The translations under genes and the position numbers were made by a program. From an uncultured Gemmatimonas sp. (GTDB taxonomy: Bacteria > Gemmatimonadota > Gemmatimonadetes > Gemmatimonadales > GWC2-71-9), in the NCBI GenBank assembly GCA_964521535.1, contig CAZFSA010000002.1, forward strand, positions 1 to 63,193: a stretch of 63,193 nucleotides of DNA, read 5' to 3'. The notes beneath the pieces are model-generated. The model made no database searches. It saw nothing but the letters and a program-made list of their open reading frames with translations, and was not told the DNA's origin. Position 1 is the stretch's first letter. Every line of letters begins with the position of its first letter. This document shows, in pieces, positions 8,278-18,116 of this stretch.

Positions 8278-9209
8278 TGGTCCAGCTCCCGGCCCGCCAG
8301 GCGGAAGAAGACGCCCCGAAGCCCGGGCTCTCGCACCCGGGTCTCCACCACCGCCGCCCCGGCCGCCTCGAGCCGGTGAAGCAGGGCGGGCACCGCGTCG
8401 ACCCCGCCCGGGACGCCACCCGACCAGATGCGTGCGTCCACGCCCGCCGCCAGGCCCGCCTCGGTCAGAACCTCACGGGCCCGGGCCTCGGGCTCGGCGC
8501 GAAGGGTGAGCACCAGTTCACCCGCCGCCCCGAACGCTCCCCGCACCAGCTCTGGCACCGTCCCCTCGGCTCGCAGGGCGCCGTCCACGAGGATCCCGAC
8601 CCGGTCACAGAGTTCAGTCGCCTGATCGAGGTCGTGGGTGGCAAGCAGGAGCGCCGCGCCCCGGGCGCGGAGATCGCGCAGGAGGCCGTGCAGCCGCTCG
8701 CGGGCCGGCAGGTCCACTCCCACCGTAGGCTCGTCGAGCAGGAGCAACGCGGGGTCGTGCAGCGTGCTGGCGGCCAGGTTCACCCGCCGCTTCTGCCCGC
8801 CCGAGAGCTCGCTCACCGCGCTGTTGGCGCGATCGGCCAGCTCGATCCACTCGAGCGCGGGGCCGGTCCGCTGGCGGGCTTCACGCCCGCCGAGGCCGGC
8901 CAGCCGCCCCAACAGCTCCAGGTTCTGGCGGACCGTCAGCTCGGGATAGAGAGCGAGCTCCTGGGGCACGAGGCCCAGCGCCCGCCGCACTCGCCGATCG
9001 TTGCGGGGATCGCCCCCGGCAAGGCGGACCGACCCGCCGTCGAGCCGGAGCCGGCCCGAGATGGCCCGGATCAGACTGGTCTTGCCCGCGCCATTCGGCC
9101 CCAGGAGGCCGTAGATCTCTCCCCGGCGGACGGAGAGATCCACCCCATGAAGCCCGCGGCCCTCGCCGTAGTGGCGCCGGGCGCCCCGCACTTCGAGTAC
9201 GGCGGTCAA
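8274..9209 (-). CDS. ABC transporter ATP-binding protein
   Basis: Walker A GPNGAGKTS, signature LSGGQKRRV and Walker B LLLLDEPTVGVD are all present. Confidence 0.9.
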   Translation of the reverse strand: MTAVLEVRGARRHYGEGRGLHGVDLSVRRGEIYGLLGPNGAGKTSLIRAISGRLRLDGGSVRLAGGDPRNDRRVRRALGLVPQELALYPELTVRQNLELLGRLAGLGGREARQRTGPALEWIELADRANSAVSELSGGQKRRVNLAASTLHDPALLLLDEPTVGVDLPARERLHGLLRDLRARGAALLLATHDLDQATELCDRVGILVDGALRAEGTVPELVRGAFGAAGELVLTLRAEPEARAREVLTEAGLAAGVDARIWSGGVPGGVDAVPALLHRLEAAGAAVVETRVREPGLRGVFFRLAGRELDQ

Positions 9210-9219
9210 GCGGGGAGCT

Positions 9220-10569
9220 CTAGTCGCGCCGGCCCCGGTGCCAGCCGAGACCGTAGTAGAACGCCAGACCCAGGGCCAGGAGGCCGCCGCCCACCAGCGA
9301 TTCGAGCGGCGTCTCCACGATGGTGTTCCCCACCAGGAAGAGCGCGAAGGCGATGAACACGACCGGCGTGACCGGATAGCCCCACGCCCGGTAGGGCCTT
9401 GCCAGCCCCGGCTCCCGCCGCCGGAGCACCATCACCGCCGCGCAGGACATGGCGTAGAACAGGAACGCCACGAACACCACGTAGGTGGCCAGCTGCTCGT
9501 AGGTGCCCGCCAGCACCAGCGTGGCCGCCCAGGCGCCCTGGACCGCGAGCGAGGTGACCGGCACCTGGTAGCGCCGGTTCAGCCTCCCGGCCCAGCGGAA
9601 GAAGCGGCCCTCGCGGGCCATCGCGTAGGGGATCCGGGCGGCGGTGAAGATGATCCCGTTGTTGGCGCCCAGCGTGGACACCAGAATCGCCCCGGCGATC
9701 ACCGAGGCGCCGGCCACGCCGAGGACCACGGTCATCGCATCCGCCGCCACGCGCTCGGAATGGGCCACGGCGGAGTGGCCCAGCACGTAGGTGAACGAGA
9801 TGACCACAGCGATGTACAGTACCGCCACGGCCGCCACCGAGAAGACGATCGACAGCGGCAGGTCCCGGCCCGGCCGGCGGAGCTCGCTGCCCACGTACGT
9901 GATCTCGATCCACCCGTCATAGGCCCAGAGGACGGCCACCATCGCCACGCCCAGGGGTCCGATCAGCGACCAGAAGGACTCCCTGGGCCAGAACGGCGTC
10001 AGGTTGGCCGCCGACCCGCCAGGGAGCGTCACCGCCGCCAACACGATGCCGACCACCGCGGCCAGCTTGAAGAACGTGAGGACGTTCTGGACCACCGCGC
10101 CCAGTTTGACGCCGAAGCAGTTGACCACCGTGAGCACGAGAATCGAGCCGATGGCGGCCGCCTTGATTCCCCAGGGCCCCATCGGCAAGAACTGCCCCAG
10201 GTAGGTGGCGAAGGCTACCGCGATCGCCGCCACGGACGCTGGGTTGATGACCACGGAGCTGCCCCAGCCGTAGAGGTAGCCCCACACCGGCCCGAAGGCC
10301 CGGGTGAGGTAGACGAATTGTCCGCCCGCTCGCGGCATGGCCGCACCCAGCTCGGCCACGCAGAGGGCGCCGCAGAGCGACACCAGCGCGCCCGCTACCC
10401 AGACCAGGATCGCAGGCCCCGGCGCGGAGAACTTGGCCGCGATGATCGCCGGCATCAGGAAGATCGCCGAGGCGACGATCGTCCCCACGTTGATCATGGT
10501 GGCGTCGAGCAGGCCGAGGACGGGTTTCAGGCCATCGTCGTTCGAGTCGCTTGGAGGGTCGGTGTGCAC
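9220..10569 (-). CDS. Amino acid/polyamine/organocation (APC) family permease
   Basis: 449 aa and about 12 hydrophobic segments. The N-terminus (GLLDATMINVGTIVASAIF) is typical of APC permeases. Confidence 0.8.
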   Translation of the reverse strand: MHTDPPSDSNDDGLKPVLGLLDATMINVGTIVASAIFLMPAIIAAKFSAPGPAILVWVAGALVSLCGALCVAELGAAMPRAGGQFVYLTRAFGPVWGYLYGWGSSVVINPASVAAIAVAFATYLGQFLPMGPWGIKAAAIGSILVLTVVNCFGVKLGAVVQNVLTFFKLAAVVGIVLAAVTLPGGSAANLTPFWPRESFWSLIGPLGVAMVAVLWAYDGWIEITYVGSELRRPGRDLPLSIVFSVAAVAVLYIAVVISFTYVLGHSAVAHSERVAADAMTVVLGVAGASVIAGAILVSTLGANNGIIFTAARIPYAMAREGRFFRWAGRLNRRYQVPVTSLAVQGAWAATLVLAGTYEQLATYVVFVAFLFYAMSCAAVMVLRRREPGLARPYRAWGYPVTPVVFIAFALFLVGNTIVETPLESLVGGGLLALGLAFYYGLGWHRGRRD

Positions 10570-10603
10570 TGGACCTCGCCAGGTGGGAGGTGCCTGCCGG
10601 ACG

Positions 10604-11785
10604 TCAGGAACGGGGAGCGCGGGTGATGCGAACCGTCTCCGGCGTCCAGTCGGAGAACCGGACCGCGCGCAGGCAGGCCGAGTAGGTCCGCTTGAGCAGC
10701 GTCTGGAAGTGGTGGACGCCGGATTCCATGTCCGGCGAGAAGCGGCCGCGATCGTAGGCCCGCGAAGCGAGCCCCTGCTGCACCCGCTCGCAGATCTCCC
10801 GGTCCTCGCGCTGCACCGACTCGCTGTAGGCCACGTCCTCGTCGATCTGGCGGGCCCGGCCGGGCGCGTCCGGATCGTCGTAGTAGTACCAGAAGATCAC
10901 CCGGCAACGGTGCGGTCCGTCGGGCAGCACCAGGTTCACCTGCACCCGGTGCGGCAGAATGTTGAGCATCAGGTTGGGCCAGACCCAGTAGTAGAACGCT
11001 TCGCCCCCACCCGAGCCGGTGTAGACGTTGTCGGCCTGGAGCGGACTGTGCTGGAGCGAGTACCAGGGATGGAGCTCGGTCCGGTAGGCGGTGTAGTCAA
11101 GCGCCCGGTTCAATTCCGGATGGACGTGGGGGATGTGATATCCCTCAAGATAGTTGTCGACATACACCTTCCAGTTGGCGTGCACCTCGTAGTCCACCCG
11201 TCGGACCAGGCGTTTGGTGGACAGCCGGTTCGGATGGATCCGCTCGCGAATGCCCTCGAGCAGGGTCCCAAGCCGGGGCTCGGGATGCTCCGCCAGGCTC
11301 ACGAAGACGAAGTCCTCCCAGGTACCGGTTCGGAGCGGGATCAGGCCATAGTCCTTCCGGTCGAAGAGTTCGGTCCGGTCGAACTGGGGTACGCCGCGAA
11401 GCGAGCCGTCGAGCAGGTAGGTCCAGCCGTGGTACTTGCAGGTGAGCGCCTTGACGCAGCCCGTGGGTTCGATGGCCAGCGGGCCGCCGCGATGGCGGCA
11501 GACGTTGTAGAAGCCCCGGAGGCGGCCGTTCCGGTCCCGCAGCACGATCACGGGATCGTCGGCCACGGTGGCGGTGAAGTAGCAGCCAGGCTCGGGCAGC
11601 ATCCCGAGGTGCCCCACCCCTTGCCAGCTCCGGGCGAACACGGCGTCCCGGTCAAGGGCGTGGAATGCGGGGTCGGTGTACCAGCTGGACGGGATGGTCT
11701 CGGCGCGCTCGACCGGCGCTTCCGCCAGTTCCGCCTCGGTCAGGTCGGGGTACCGCGGGGAGCCGGATCCGGCCGGGAGGGACAT
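10604..11785 (-). CDS. Rieske [2Fe-2S] ring-hydroxylating oxygenase alpha subunit-like protein
   Basis: Rieske motif CRHRGGPL...CKYHGWTY, followed by a catalytic domain with conserved His/Asp residues (EGYHIPHVHP). Confidence 0.85.
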   Translation of the reverse strand: MSLPAGSGSPRYPDLTEAELAEAPVERAETIPSSWYTDPAFHALDRDAVFARSWQGVGHLGMLPEPGCYFTATVADDPVIVLRDRNGRLRGFYNVCRHRGGPLAIEPTGCVKALTCKYHGWTYLLDGSLRGVPQFDRTELFDRKDYGLIPLRTGTWEDFVFVSLAEHPEPRLGTLLEGIRERIHPNRLSTKRLVRRVDYEVHANWKVYVDNYLEGYHIPHVHPELNRALDYTAYRTELHPWYSLQHSPLQADNVYTGSGGGEAFYYWVWPNLMLNILPHRVQVNLVLPDGPHRCRVIFWYYYDDPDAPGRARQIDEDVAYSESVQREDREICERVQQGLASRAYDRGRFSPDMESGVHHFQTLLKRTYSACLRAVRFSDWTPETVRITRAPRS

Positions 11786-11910
11786 GGCCGGGAATAATGC
11801 CTGCCAGCCCGCTGGCTGGTAAGGGGACGGGCCGCTCCCCCCCCAGTCAGCGCCGCACCAGAAGAAGGCGGCTGACGACCTCCGCCTCCGGCTTGTGCTC
11901 CGCGCCCAAG

Positions 11911-12720
11911 CTAGCGGCCTGCAGGCGCCCCGCCACGGGGCGCCTCGGCATCAAGAAGTCGCTCGATCCGGGAGGCCACCAGCTGCGCCGAAATCGGTGC
12001 GATCCCGCTGGCCCCGGCGTTCGACCCGGATGGCGAAATTGCGTCCAACTGCAGGCGAAGGAGCGGCCCGGCCATGCCGTGCAGCACGAAGAAGCGACCC
12101 TGCAACTCGACGGCCGGCCCACCGGGCGGAGCAGGGATGGGCTCGACCCTCACCTCCGCGCCCCGTAGCGCGCTGGGCGCGGCGGCGTAGCTCGCCTCCA
12201 GCCAGGCTCGTCCGGCCACTCCGTCCACGTGGTAGACGGACCACCAGAGCCGGCCTGCGGCGATGCGAAATACCGCGACCCGATAGGCCTCGAATCGGAC
12301 CACCCCGTCGCCCCCCACCCGGCCGGGCCACCGGCTTGCCGGCCGAGCACCCCCAGTTCTGGCCGCCGGGCCGAACACAACGGGGAGCGGGGAGCCGTCC
12401 GGGTCGGAATCGCTTCCGCCGGCGGATCGGAACCACAGCTCTTCCCCTACGGCAGCCCTCCACGCCTCGAACTCGCTGTCTGTCGGGCGCTTGCTGCGCC
12501 GCCACAGCAGGTCGCTCATAACGAGACAGGCCCCGGCGCCCACGCCCAGCGCGGAGCCCCCCGTGATGAAAGCCGTGACCGCGAGACCGAATCCGGTCGC
12601 TGCCAGCGCCGGCGCCAGCCAGTATCGGCGGAAGTAGGCGCCAACCGAGGGGATCGCCAGCGATGTCCCGCCCGGCAGGTCCGTCCTCTCCAGGCCCTCC
12701 CCCAACGGCACGCCTGCCAT
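11911..12720 (-). CDS. Hypothetical membrane-anchored protein
   Basis: 269 aa with balanced composition and two predicted TM segments near the N-terminus (WLAPALAATGFGLAVTAFI, ALGVGAGACLVM). The overlapping alternative frame 11951..12745 is Arg/Gly-rich and looks spurious. No family recognised. Confidence 0.55.
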   Translation of the reverse strand: MAGVPLGEGLERTDLPGGTSLAIPSVGAYFRRYWLAPALAATGFGLAVTAFITGGSALGVGAGACLVMSDLLWRRSKRPTDSEFEAWRAAVGEELWFRSAGGSDSDPDGSPLPVVFGPAARTGGARPASRWPGRVGGDGVVRFEAYRVAVFRIAAGRLWWSVYHVDGVAGRAWLEASYAAAPSALRGAEVRVEPIPAPPGGPAVELQGRFFVLHGMAGPLLRLQLDAISPSGSNAGASGIAPISAQLVASRIERLLDAEAPRGGAPAGR

Positions 12721-12853
12721 GACGGCCTCCCTGACTTCCCGCCATGTCTACTCCGACAGCGTCAGGGAGACGTCAGGGGCGCCCACACAGGTCGGGACCT
12801 CCGGCCTTCGAGTTGGTGACCGGCGCGCTGAACCCGTGCGCCGGCATCGGCCG

Positions 12854-13708
12854 TCAGGGAGCTGGCCTCGGGTTCCCTCCGTCGGTAAGGAACCGGAGCG
12901 AGCCGTCCCCCTGCCGGCGCCACACGGTGAGGTATTTGCTGTACACCGGATCGCCGCCCCCCGACGGTCGGATCACCGCCTGCCCCATCGTGACGCCAAG
13001 ATCGCCCGCCGCCGAGGCGAAGGCCGCCACCGGATACCAGCTCCAGTCCGCCTGGCGACGCGCGACCGCCTCGCCGATCGCCTCGGGCCCGTCGATCGGC
13101 GGACCACCGCCTCGCGGGAGGAAGGCATCGGGAGCGGCGTAGTCGCGGAACGCCCGTCCCGCCCCCACTACACCCGCTCGGGCGGCGAAATCGCGGTCGG
13201 CCTGGATCATCGGGGCCGCGGGGCCGGAGGGTTCCAGCGGCGGCAGTTCGCGGGGCCCCCATGCGGGGTCGAAGAGCACCCGGGTGCCAGCCGTGACTCC
13301 TCCCTGCATCAACCCCACCACGTGCCAACGACCGCCCTGGCGACGCCAGGCGGCGATGTAGCTCCCGGTCCCCGGTGCGCCGGCGCCAGCCCGGCGGACC
13401 GCGAGCGTGCCGGTCGTCACTCCGAACCCACCGTCGGAGGACACGAACGCGTGAGTCGCCTCCCAGGTCACCGAAACGGAATCCAGCTCCGGGTCTTGCG
13501 CCAATGCGGCGCGGATCGGCGCGACCCCTACCAGCACCGGCGCGCCAGCGTGGACCAGCACCGCATCGTCCGCCAGGACACCGGCAAGCGCGACGCGAAG
13601 CCCCAGCTCCCCGGACGCGGCAGCGAGCCGTCGGTCTGCCTCGACGAGTTCGGCCCGGGCGTCCGGCGCCTGCGCCAGTGCCAGCACCACGATCAGTGGG
13701 AACACCAT
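12854..13708 (-). CDS. Secreted protein with two SnoaL/DUF4440-like (NTF2-fold) repeats
   Basis: Trimmed to ATG 13708 (MVFPLIVVLALAQA signal peptide). Two similar halves each end in ...YIAAWRRQGGRWHVV / ...YLTVWRRQGDGSLRF, which is typical of DUF4440/SnoaL-like domains. Confidence 0.65.
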   Translation of the reverse strand: MVFPLIVVLALAQAPDARAELVEADRRLAAASGELGLRVALAGVLADDAVLVHAGAPVLVGVAPIRAALAQDPELDSVSVTWEATHAFVSSDGGFGVTTGTLAVRRAGAGAPGTGSYIAAWRRQGGRWHVVGLMQGGVTAGTRVLFDPAWGPRELPPLEPSGPAAPMIQADRDFAARAGVVGAGRAFRDYAAPDAFLPRGGGPPIDGPEAIGEAVARRQADWSWYPVAAFASAAGDLGVTMGQAVIRPSGGGDPVYSKYLTVWRRQGDGSLRFLTDGGNPRPAP

Positions 13709-13740
13709 GGACTCATTTCGGCAACGGGATCGGGTCGGTT

Positions 13741-14175
13741 TCAAACCCGGAGGTAGTCCGGTCGCCACACCGTGATGGCGCGCTTGATCGTGTCCTGGTC
13801 ACGGATGTTCTCCAGCAGCACCCGCCGGACCAGGGCTGGAACCTCGGCGTCGGAGGCGAAGCGGAGTGCCACCAGCTGGCCGGTGCCGAGCTCGTCGATC
13901 CGGCCCCTGAGGTCGTCGGGCAGGAGCTGCGCCAGCCTGAGTCGCTCCTCCAGGCGGATCACGCGATTCTGGACCGTGAGGGCGAACGCCCTGGCATACC
14001 AGGCCAGCAGGATCAGCCCCACCGCGACGAGAACATCCATCAGCGAGTCGACGCCGGGGTCGCGAGCGGCTTCGCGGATGGACCACGCGAGGTTGAGGGT
14101 CAGGATGAGGAACAGGATACCGTGATAGCCAAACACATACCGCTTGTGATTGGCGTAGCTCTGCGACGCGGGCAT
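13741..14175 (-). CDS. Small two-TM membrane protein of unknown function
   Basis: 144 aa. It has an N-terminal YANHKRYVFGYH motif, two hydrophobic helices and a soluble C-terminal tail. Composition is good. Confidence 0.6.
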   Translation of the reverse strand: MPASQSYANHKRYVFGYHGILFLILTLNLAWSIREAARDPGVDSLMDVLVAVGLILLAWYARAFALTVQNRVIRLEERLRLAQLLPDDLRGRIDELGTGQLVALRFASDAEVPALVRRVLLENIRDQDTIKRAITVWRPDYLRV

Positions 14176-14262
14176 GGACGGGGCTCTCCGAAGGAGGAAT
14201 CGGGATCGGTCCGTCCATGATACCGCGTCCGCCCGCCCCTCGTGAAGCCGAGCCGGACCAGA

Positions 14263-14778
14263 CTAGAGCTTGACGACGAGCCCCAGGGAGAGGCCGGCCA
14301 GCGCCTCGTTGGCCACGCCCCACCAGTACCGGACCCGCCCCCGCGCCTGGAGGCCGACGGAATTGGTGACCCAGGCCGTGGCCCCGACCGCGCCATGCAC
14401 GCCACCGCCCGTATACGGCGTCCCGTCCGAGTCGCCGCCCAGGATGCCGCTCGGCCCAGCCGAGAGCGACAACTCGAACGGATCCATGGGGAAACGCACC
14501 CCCAGATCAAGATCCCCGGCCAGGGCGTTCAGGCTGTAGAACCCCTGGTTGAAGATCCCGGTGATCTCGAGCCCCACGAACCCATTCCGTCCCAGCGTCC
14601 TGGTGAGCGAGGCGGCCGGCACCAGGGGTGTGCCGACCAGGTCATCCACCTGGTAGAACCCACCGCCGAGCGCCAGCCGCCAGGCCCGCTCCCGGGCGGG
14701 CGCTTGAGCAACGGCTGGCAGGGCGGCCAGGGCCAGGACGGCGGCGAGAGCGAGCGAAACAACAGGCAACCGGGGCAA
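14263..14778 (-). CDS. Small outer-membrane beta-barrel-like protein
   Basis: Signal peptide MPRLPVVSLALAAVLALAALPAVAQA, followed by alternating hydrophobic beta-strand pattern with Gly/aromatic-rich turns. Confidence 0.55.
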   Translation of the reverse strand: MPRLPVVSLALAAVLALAALPAVAQAPARERAWRLALGGGFYQVDDLVGTPLVPAASLTRTLGRNGFVGLEITGIFNQGFYSLNALAGDLDLGVRFPMDPFELSLSAGPSGILGGDSDGTPYTGGGVHGAVGATAWVTNSVGLQARGRVRYWWGVANEALAGLSLGLVVKL

Positions 14779-14954
14779 GATCCAGCTCCCATCGAAAGCG
14801 ATACCGGCAGCCCGCCGGCGGGGTACGGCACCGAACCCGGCGGCAAGATGAGCCGCCCCTGTGACCCGGGCGTGACCCGGACGGGGACACGATCCCGGCC
14901 GCAGGCGGGATGGGCCTCACGCCAGTAGATTGGCGAACCCGTTCCCGACCCCCC

Positions 14955-16196
14955 ATGACCGCCCTCGACGCCGACGCCACCGACCCCGTCCGACTCGGCT
15001 GGATGGTGGGCTCGCCGCCCCCCGCCGACAAGGTGATCCGATTCTCGGATTCGAGCTTCTTCCGCTTTCCCGCCACCCGGTGGGCGTTCTCGAACTTCCG
15101 CCAGCTCCAGCCCACGGCGGTGGTGCCCCGCCGGAATCACCCTGTGGTTCCGTTCCCCCGGGCCGAACGGGACGACCTCGACCCGGTCCGGTTCCAGCCT
15201 CTTGGGCGGTCCGACTCGATGACCTGGGCCGAGTCGCTCGGGGCAAACTATACCGACGGGATCCTGATCCTGCATCGGGGCCGGATCGTGTACGAGCGCT
15301 ATTTCGGCGCGCTCGACCCTGACCGGCAGCACATCGCCTACTCGGTCTCCAAGTCCTTCGTCGGGACCCTCGCCGCCACGCTGATCGCCGAAGGCCGACT
15401 GGATGACCAGGCCCTGGTCTCCACGTACCTGCCGGAACTGGCGGCGAGCGGCTTCGGCGACGCCACCGTGAGGCAGCTCCTCGACATGACCACGGGCCTC
15501 GATTACACCGAGGACTACACCGACCCCAACTCGCCCGTCTGGGAGTTCAGTCGGGCCGGGGGCTTCCTGCCCAGGCCGCCGGGCTATCAGGGACCGGATT
15601 CCTTCTACGAATTCCTCGCCACGCTCCGCAAAGGGAGCGCTCATGGCGAGCGGGTCGCCTACAAGACCGTCAACACCGATGCACTGGGCTGGATTCTCCG
15701 GCGGATCACCGGCGGCACACTGTGTCAGCTGTTCCACGACCGACTCTGGTCCCGGCTTGGCGTGGAGCAGGACGGCTATTTCATCGTGGATCCCACCGGG
15801 GCCGAGTTCGCCGGCGGGGGATACAACCTGACGCTCCGCGACCTGGCCCGCTTCGGCGAGATGATGCGGCTCGGGGGCCTCTGGAACGGGATCCAGATCG
15901 TGCCCAGGCCGGTGGTCGACGATATCCGCCGCGGCGGCAATCGGGACCACTTCGCGCTGGCGGGCTACACCCTGCTCCAGGGCTGGAGCTACCGGAACCA
16001 GTGGTGGGTGTCGCACAACGAGCACGGGGCCTACACCGCGCGCGGGATCCACGGGCAGGCGCTCTATATCGATCCCCGGGCGGAGATGGTAATCGCGCGG
16101 TTCGCGTCGCATCCGCTCGCGGCCAACGTCAACCTCGACCCGACGTCTCTGCCGGCGTATCACGCCGTGGCCCGCCATCTCCTGGCCCACGGCTAA
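14955..16196 (+). CDS. Beta-lactamase-fold serine hydrolase (6-aminohexanoate-dimer hydrolase / esterase-like)
   Basis: Trimmed to ATG 14955. SxxK nucleophile motif YSVSKSF, with family-typical length and C-terminal region. Confidence 0.8.
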   Translation: MTALDADATDPVRLGWMVGSPPPADKVIRFSDSSFFRFPATRWAFSNFRQLQPTAVVPRRNHPVVPFPRAERDDLDPVRFQPLGRSDSMTWAESLGANYTDGILILHRGRIVYERYFGALDPDRQHIAYSVSKSFVGTLAATLIAEGRLDDQALVSTYLPELAASGFGDATVRQLLDMTTGLDYTEDYTDPNSPVWEFSRAGGFLPRPPGYQGPDSFYEFLATLRKGSAHGERVAYKTVNTDALGWILRRITGGTLCQLFHDRLWSRLGVEQDGYFIVDPTGAEFAGGGYNLTLRDLARFGEMMRLGGLWNGIQIVPRPVVDDIRRGGNRDHFALAGYTLLQGWSYRNQWWVSHNEHGAYTARGIHGQALYIDPRAEMVIARFASHPLAANVNLDPTSLPAYHAVARHLLAHG

Positions 16197-16213
16197 GTTG
16201 CCCGGAGCCAGCG

Positions 16214-16227
16214 CCGCGGATCCGCGG
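16214..16227. terminator. Short GC palindrome between convergent genes (weak bidirectional terminator candidate)
   Basis: CCGCGGATCCGCGG is a perfect 14-nt palindrome (5-bp stem plus GATC loop). It lies between the stop at 16196 (+) and the stop at 16262 (-). There is no U tract. Confidence 0.25.
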
Positions 16228-16261
16228 TCTCGAGCGCGGGGAGCGGGTAGCCGCGTCGCGA

Positions 16262-17977
16262 CTAGCGCACCGCCCGGTACCCCGGCCCCCGCACCACCCG
16301 CCCCGGCTTGGCGCCGGTGTGGACCCCGTCCCGCACCACCGCCACCCCGTTCACGAACACGTGCCGCACCCCGACCGACAGCTGGTGCGGCTCTTCGAAC
16401 GTCGAGCGGTCGGCAATGGTGGCCGGGTCGAACACCACCACGTCGGCGTACATCCCCGCCTTGAGCAGCCCCCGGTCCTCGATCGAGAGCCGGGTGGCCA
16501 CCGCCGAGGACATCTTGCGGATCGCGTCCTCCAGCGTGAGCACGCCTTCGTCGCGCACGTACTTGCCGAGAATCCGGGGATAGGTGCCGTAGGTCCGGGG
16601 ATGCGCCAGGCCCGTGGCCGAGTCGGGGTCCATCCCGCCGGCGTCCGTGCCGATCTTCATCCAGGGCTGCCGGAGGCCGAGCTTGACGTTGTCCTCGCTC
16701 ATCATGAAGTAGATGGTGCCGATCCGCTGTTCCTCCGAGGCGAGCAGATCCATCACGGTGGTCACCCAGTCCTTGTTCATGGCTCGGGCGATCTCCGACA
16801 GCCGCTTGCCGGCCCACTGCTTGTTCTCGTCCTTCCGGAGGCCCAGCACCAGCACCCCGTCCGGCGTGGCCAGATCGCAGAGGTTTTCCCAGTCCTTGAC
16901 GCCAGGCGCCAGGATCTCGGCCCGGATCCGGGCCCGCTCGGCCTCGTCGCGGAGTCGCTCGTAGAGCTTGCCACCCTCGGACACGGCCGGCGGCAGGCAG
17001 GCGGAGAGGCCGGTGCCGCCGGCGATGTAGGGGTACATGTCCGCCTGGACGTCGAGCCCGGCCGCCCGGGCCGAGTCGATCTTGGCGATCATGAGCGGCA
17101 TCTTGTAGTGGTTGCGCCGGCCGCCCGCCTTGAGGTGGTAGATCTCCACCGGCACCCCGGCCTCGCGCCCGATCCGGATGGCCTCGTCCATCGCCTCCAG
17201 GACCTGATCGGCCTCGGACCGCATGTGGGTGATGTAGACGCCGCCGTAGGGCGCCATCGCCTTGTTGATCTCGATCAGCTCCTCGGTCGAGGCGAAGTTG
17301 CCGGGCGGGTAGATCAGCGCCGAGGCGATCCCGAAGGCCCCGTCCTCCATGGCCCAGCGGACTGCCCTCCGCATCGAATCGAGCGCCGCCGGGTCGGCGG
17401 GGCCCATCGCCTGCCCCATGCCGTAGACCCGGATCGTGGTGGCGCCCACGAAGGAACCGACGTTGGCGGAGGCCCCGTTGGCCTCCATGGCCTCGAGCCA
17501 GCGGCCGAAGCCGCCATAGCCCATGAACGAGCGCGAGAGCTCCTGGAGTTCGGGATCGACGACGTCGCCCCCTGCCAGGGTGCGCTCGTTGGCGGGGGCG
17601 TTGGTCCACCCTTCGCCCATGATCTCCGTGGTGATGCCCTGGGTGATCTTGCTCACCACCCGGCCGTCGCCGCGGAGGAAGGCCGCCCGGGAGTGGCTCT
17701 GGATGTCGATGAAGCCCGGCGCCACGACCATCCCGCGGGCGTCGAGGCGGGCCGTCGCGGGCACCTGCGACAGCGCGCCGCGGTGCGCCACCCGGGCGAT
17801 CCGGTCGCCGCGGATGGCCACGTCGCCGTAGAACCAGGCCGCGCCCGTGCCGTCCACCACCCGGCCGCCCTCGATGACCAGGTCGTAAGGCCCACCACCT
17901 TCCGACTCGACGGGCCGGCAGCCCGCCAAACCAGCCATGAGGACAAGCGAGACCAGCAGGACGGCGGACCGGGACAT
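16262..17977 (-). CDS. N-acyl-D-amino-acid deacylase (D-aminoacylase) family amidohydrolase, lipoprotein
   Basis: Trimmed to ATG 17977 (MSRSAVLLVSLVLMAGLAGC lipobox). N-terminal motif YDLVIEGGRVVDGTG and metal-site motif APGFIDIQSHS are typical of D-aminoacylases. Confidence 0.8.
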   Translation of the reverse strand: MSRSAVLLVSLVLMAGLAGCRPVESEGGGPYDLVIEGGRVVDGTGAAWFYGDVAIRGDRIARVAHRGALSQVPATARLDARGMVVAPGFIDIQSHSRAAFLRGDGRVVSKITQGITTEIMGEGWTNAPANERTLAGGDVVDPELQELSRSFMGYGGFGRWLEAMEANGASANVGSFVGATTIRVYGMGQAMGPADPAALDSMRRAVRWAMEDGAFGIASALIYPPGNFASTEELIEINKAMAPYGGVYITHMRSEADQVLEAMDEAIRIGREAGVPVEIYHLKAGGRRNHYKMPLMIAKIDSARAAGLDVQADMYPYIAGGTGLSACLPPAVSEGGKLYERLRDEAERARIRAEILAPGVKDWENLCDLATPDGVLVLGLRKDENKQWAGKRLSEIARAMNKDWVTTVMDLLASEEQRIGTIYFMMSEDNVKLGLRQPWMKIGTDAGGMDPDSATGLAHPRTYGTYPRILGKYVRDEGVLTLEDAIRKMSSAVATRLSIEDRGLLKAGMYADVVVFDPATIADRSTFEEPHQLSVGVRHVFVNGVAVVRDGVHTGAKPGRVVRGPGYRAVR

Positions 17978-18116
17978 TGGCAGGCTCCAGGGGCGTGGTT
18001 GGGACGAGGCTCCATACTGGCCTGACAGGTGGAGGAGCGCAACGGTCGGCCCTCGAAGGGCAAGGGCGGTAAATTGCTGTCGGGCTTCGACCAATCCCAA
18101 TCTCGCCGGAGGGTAC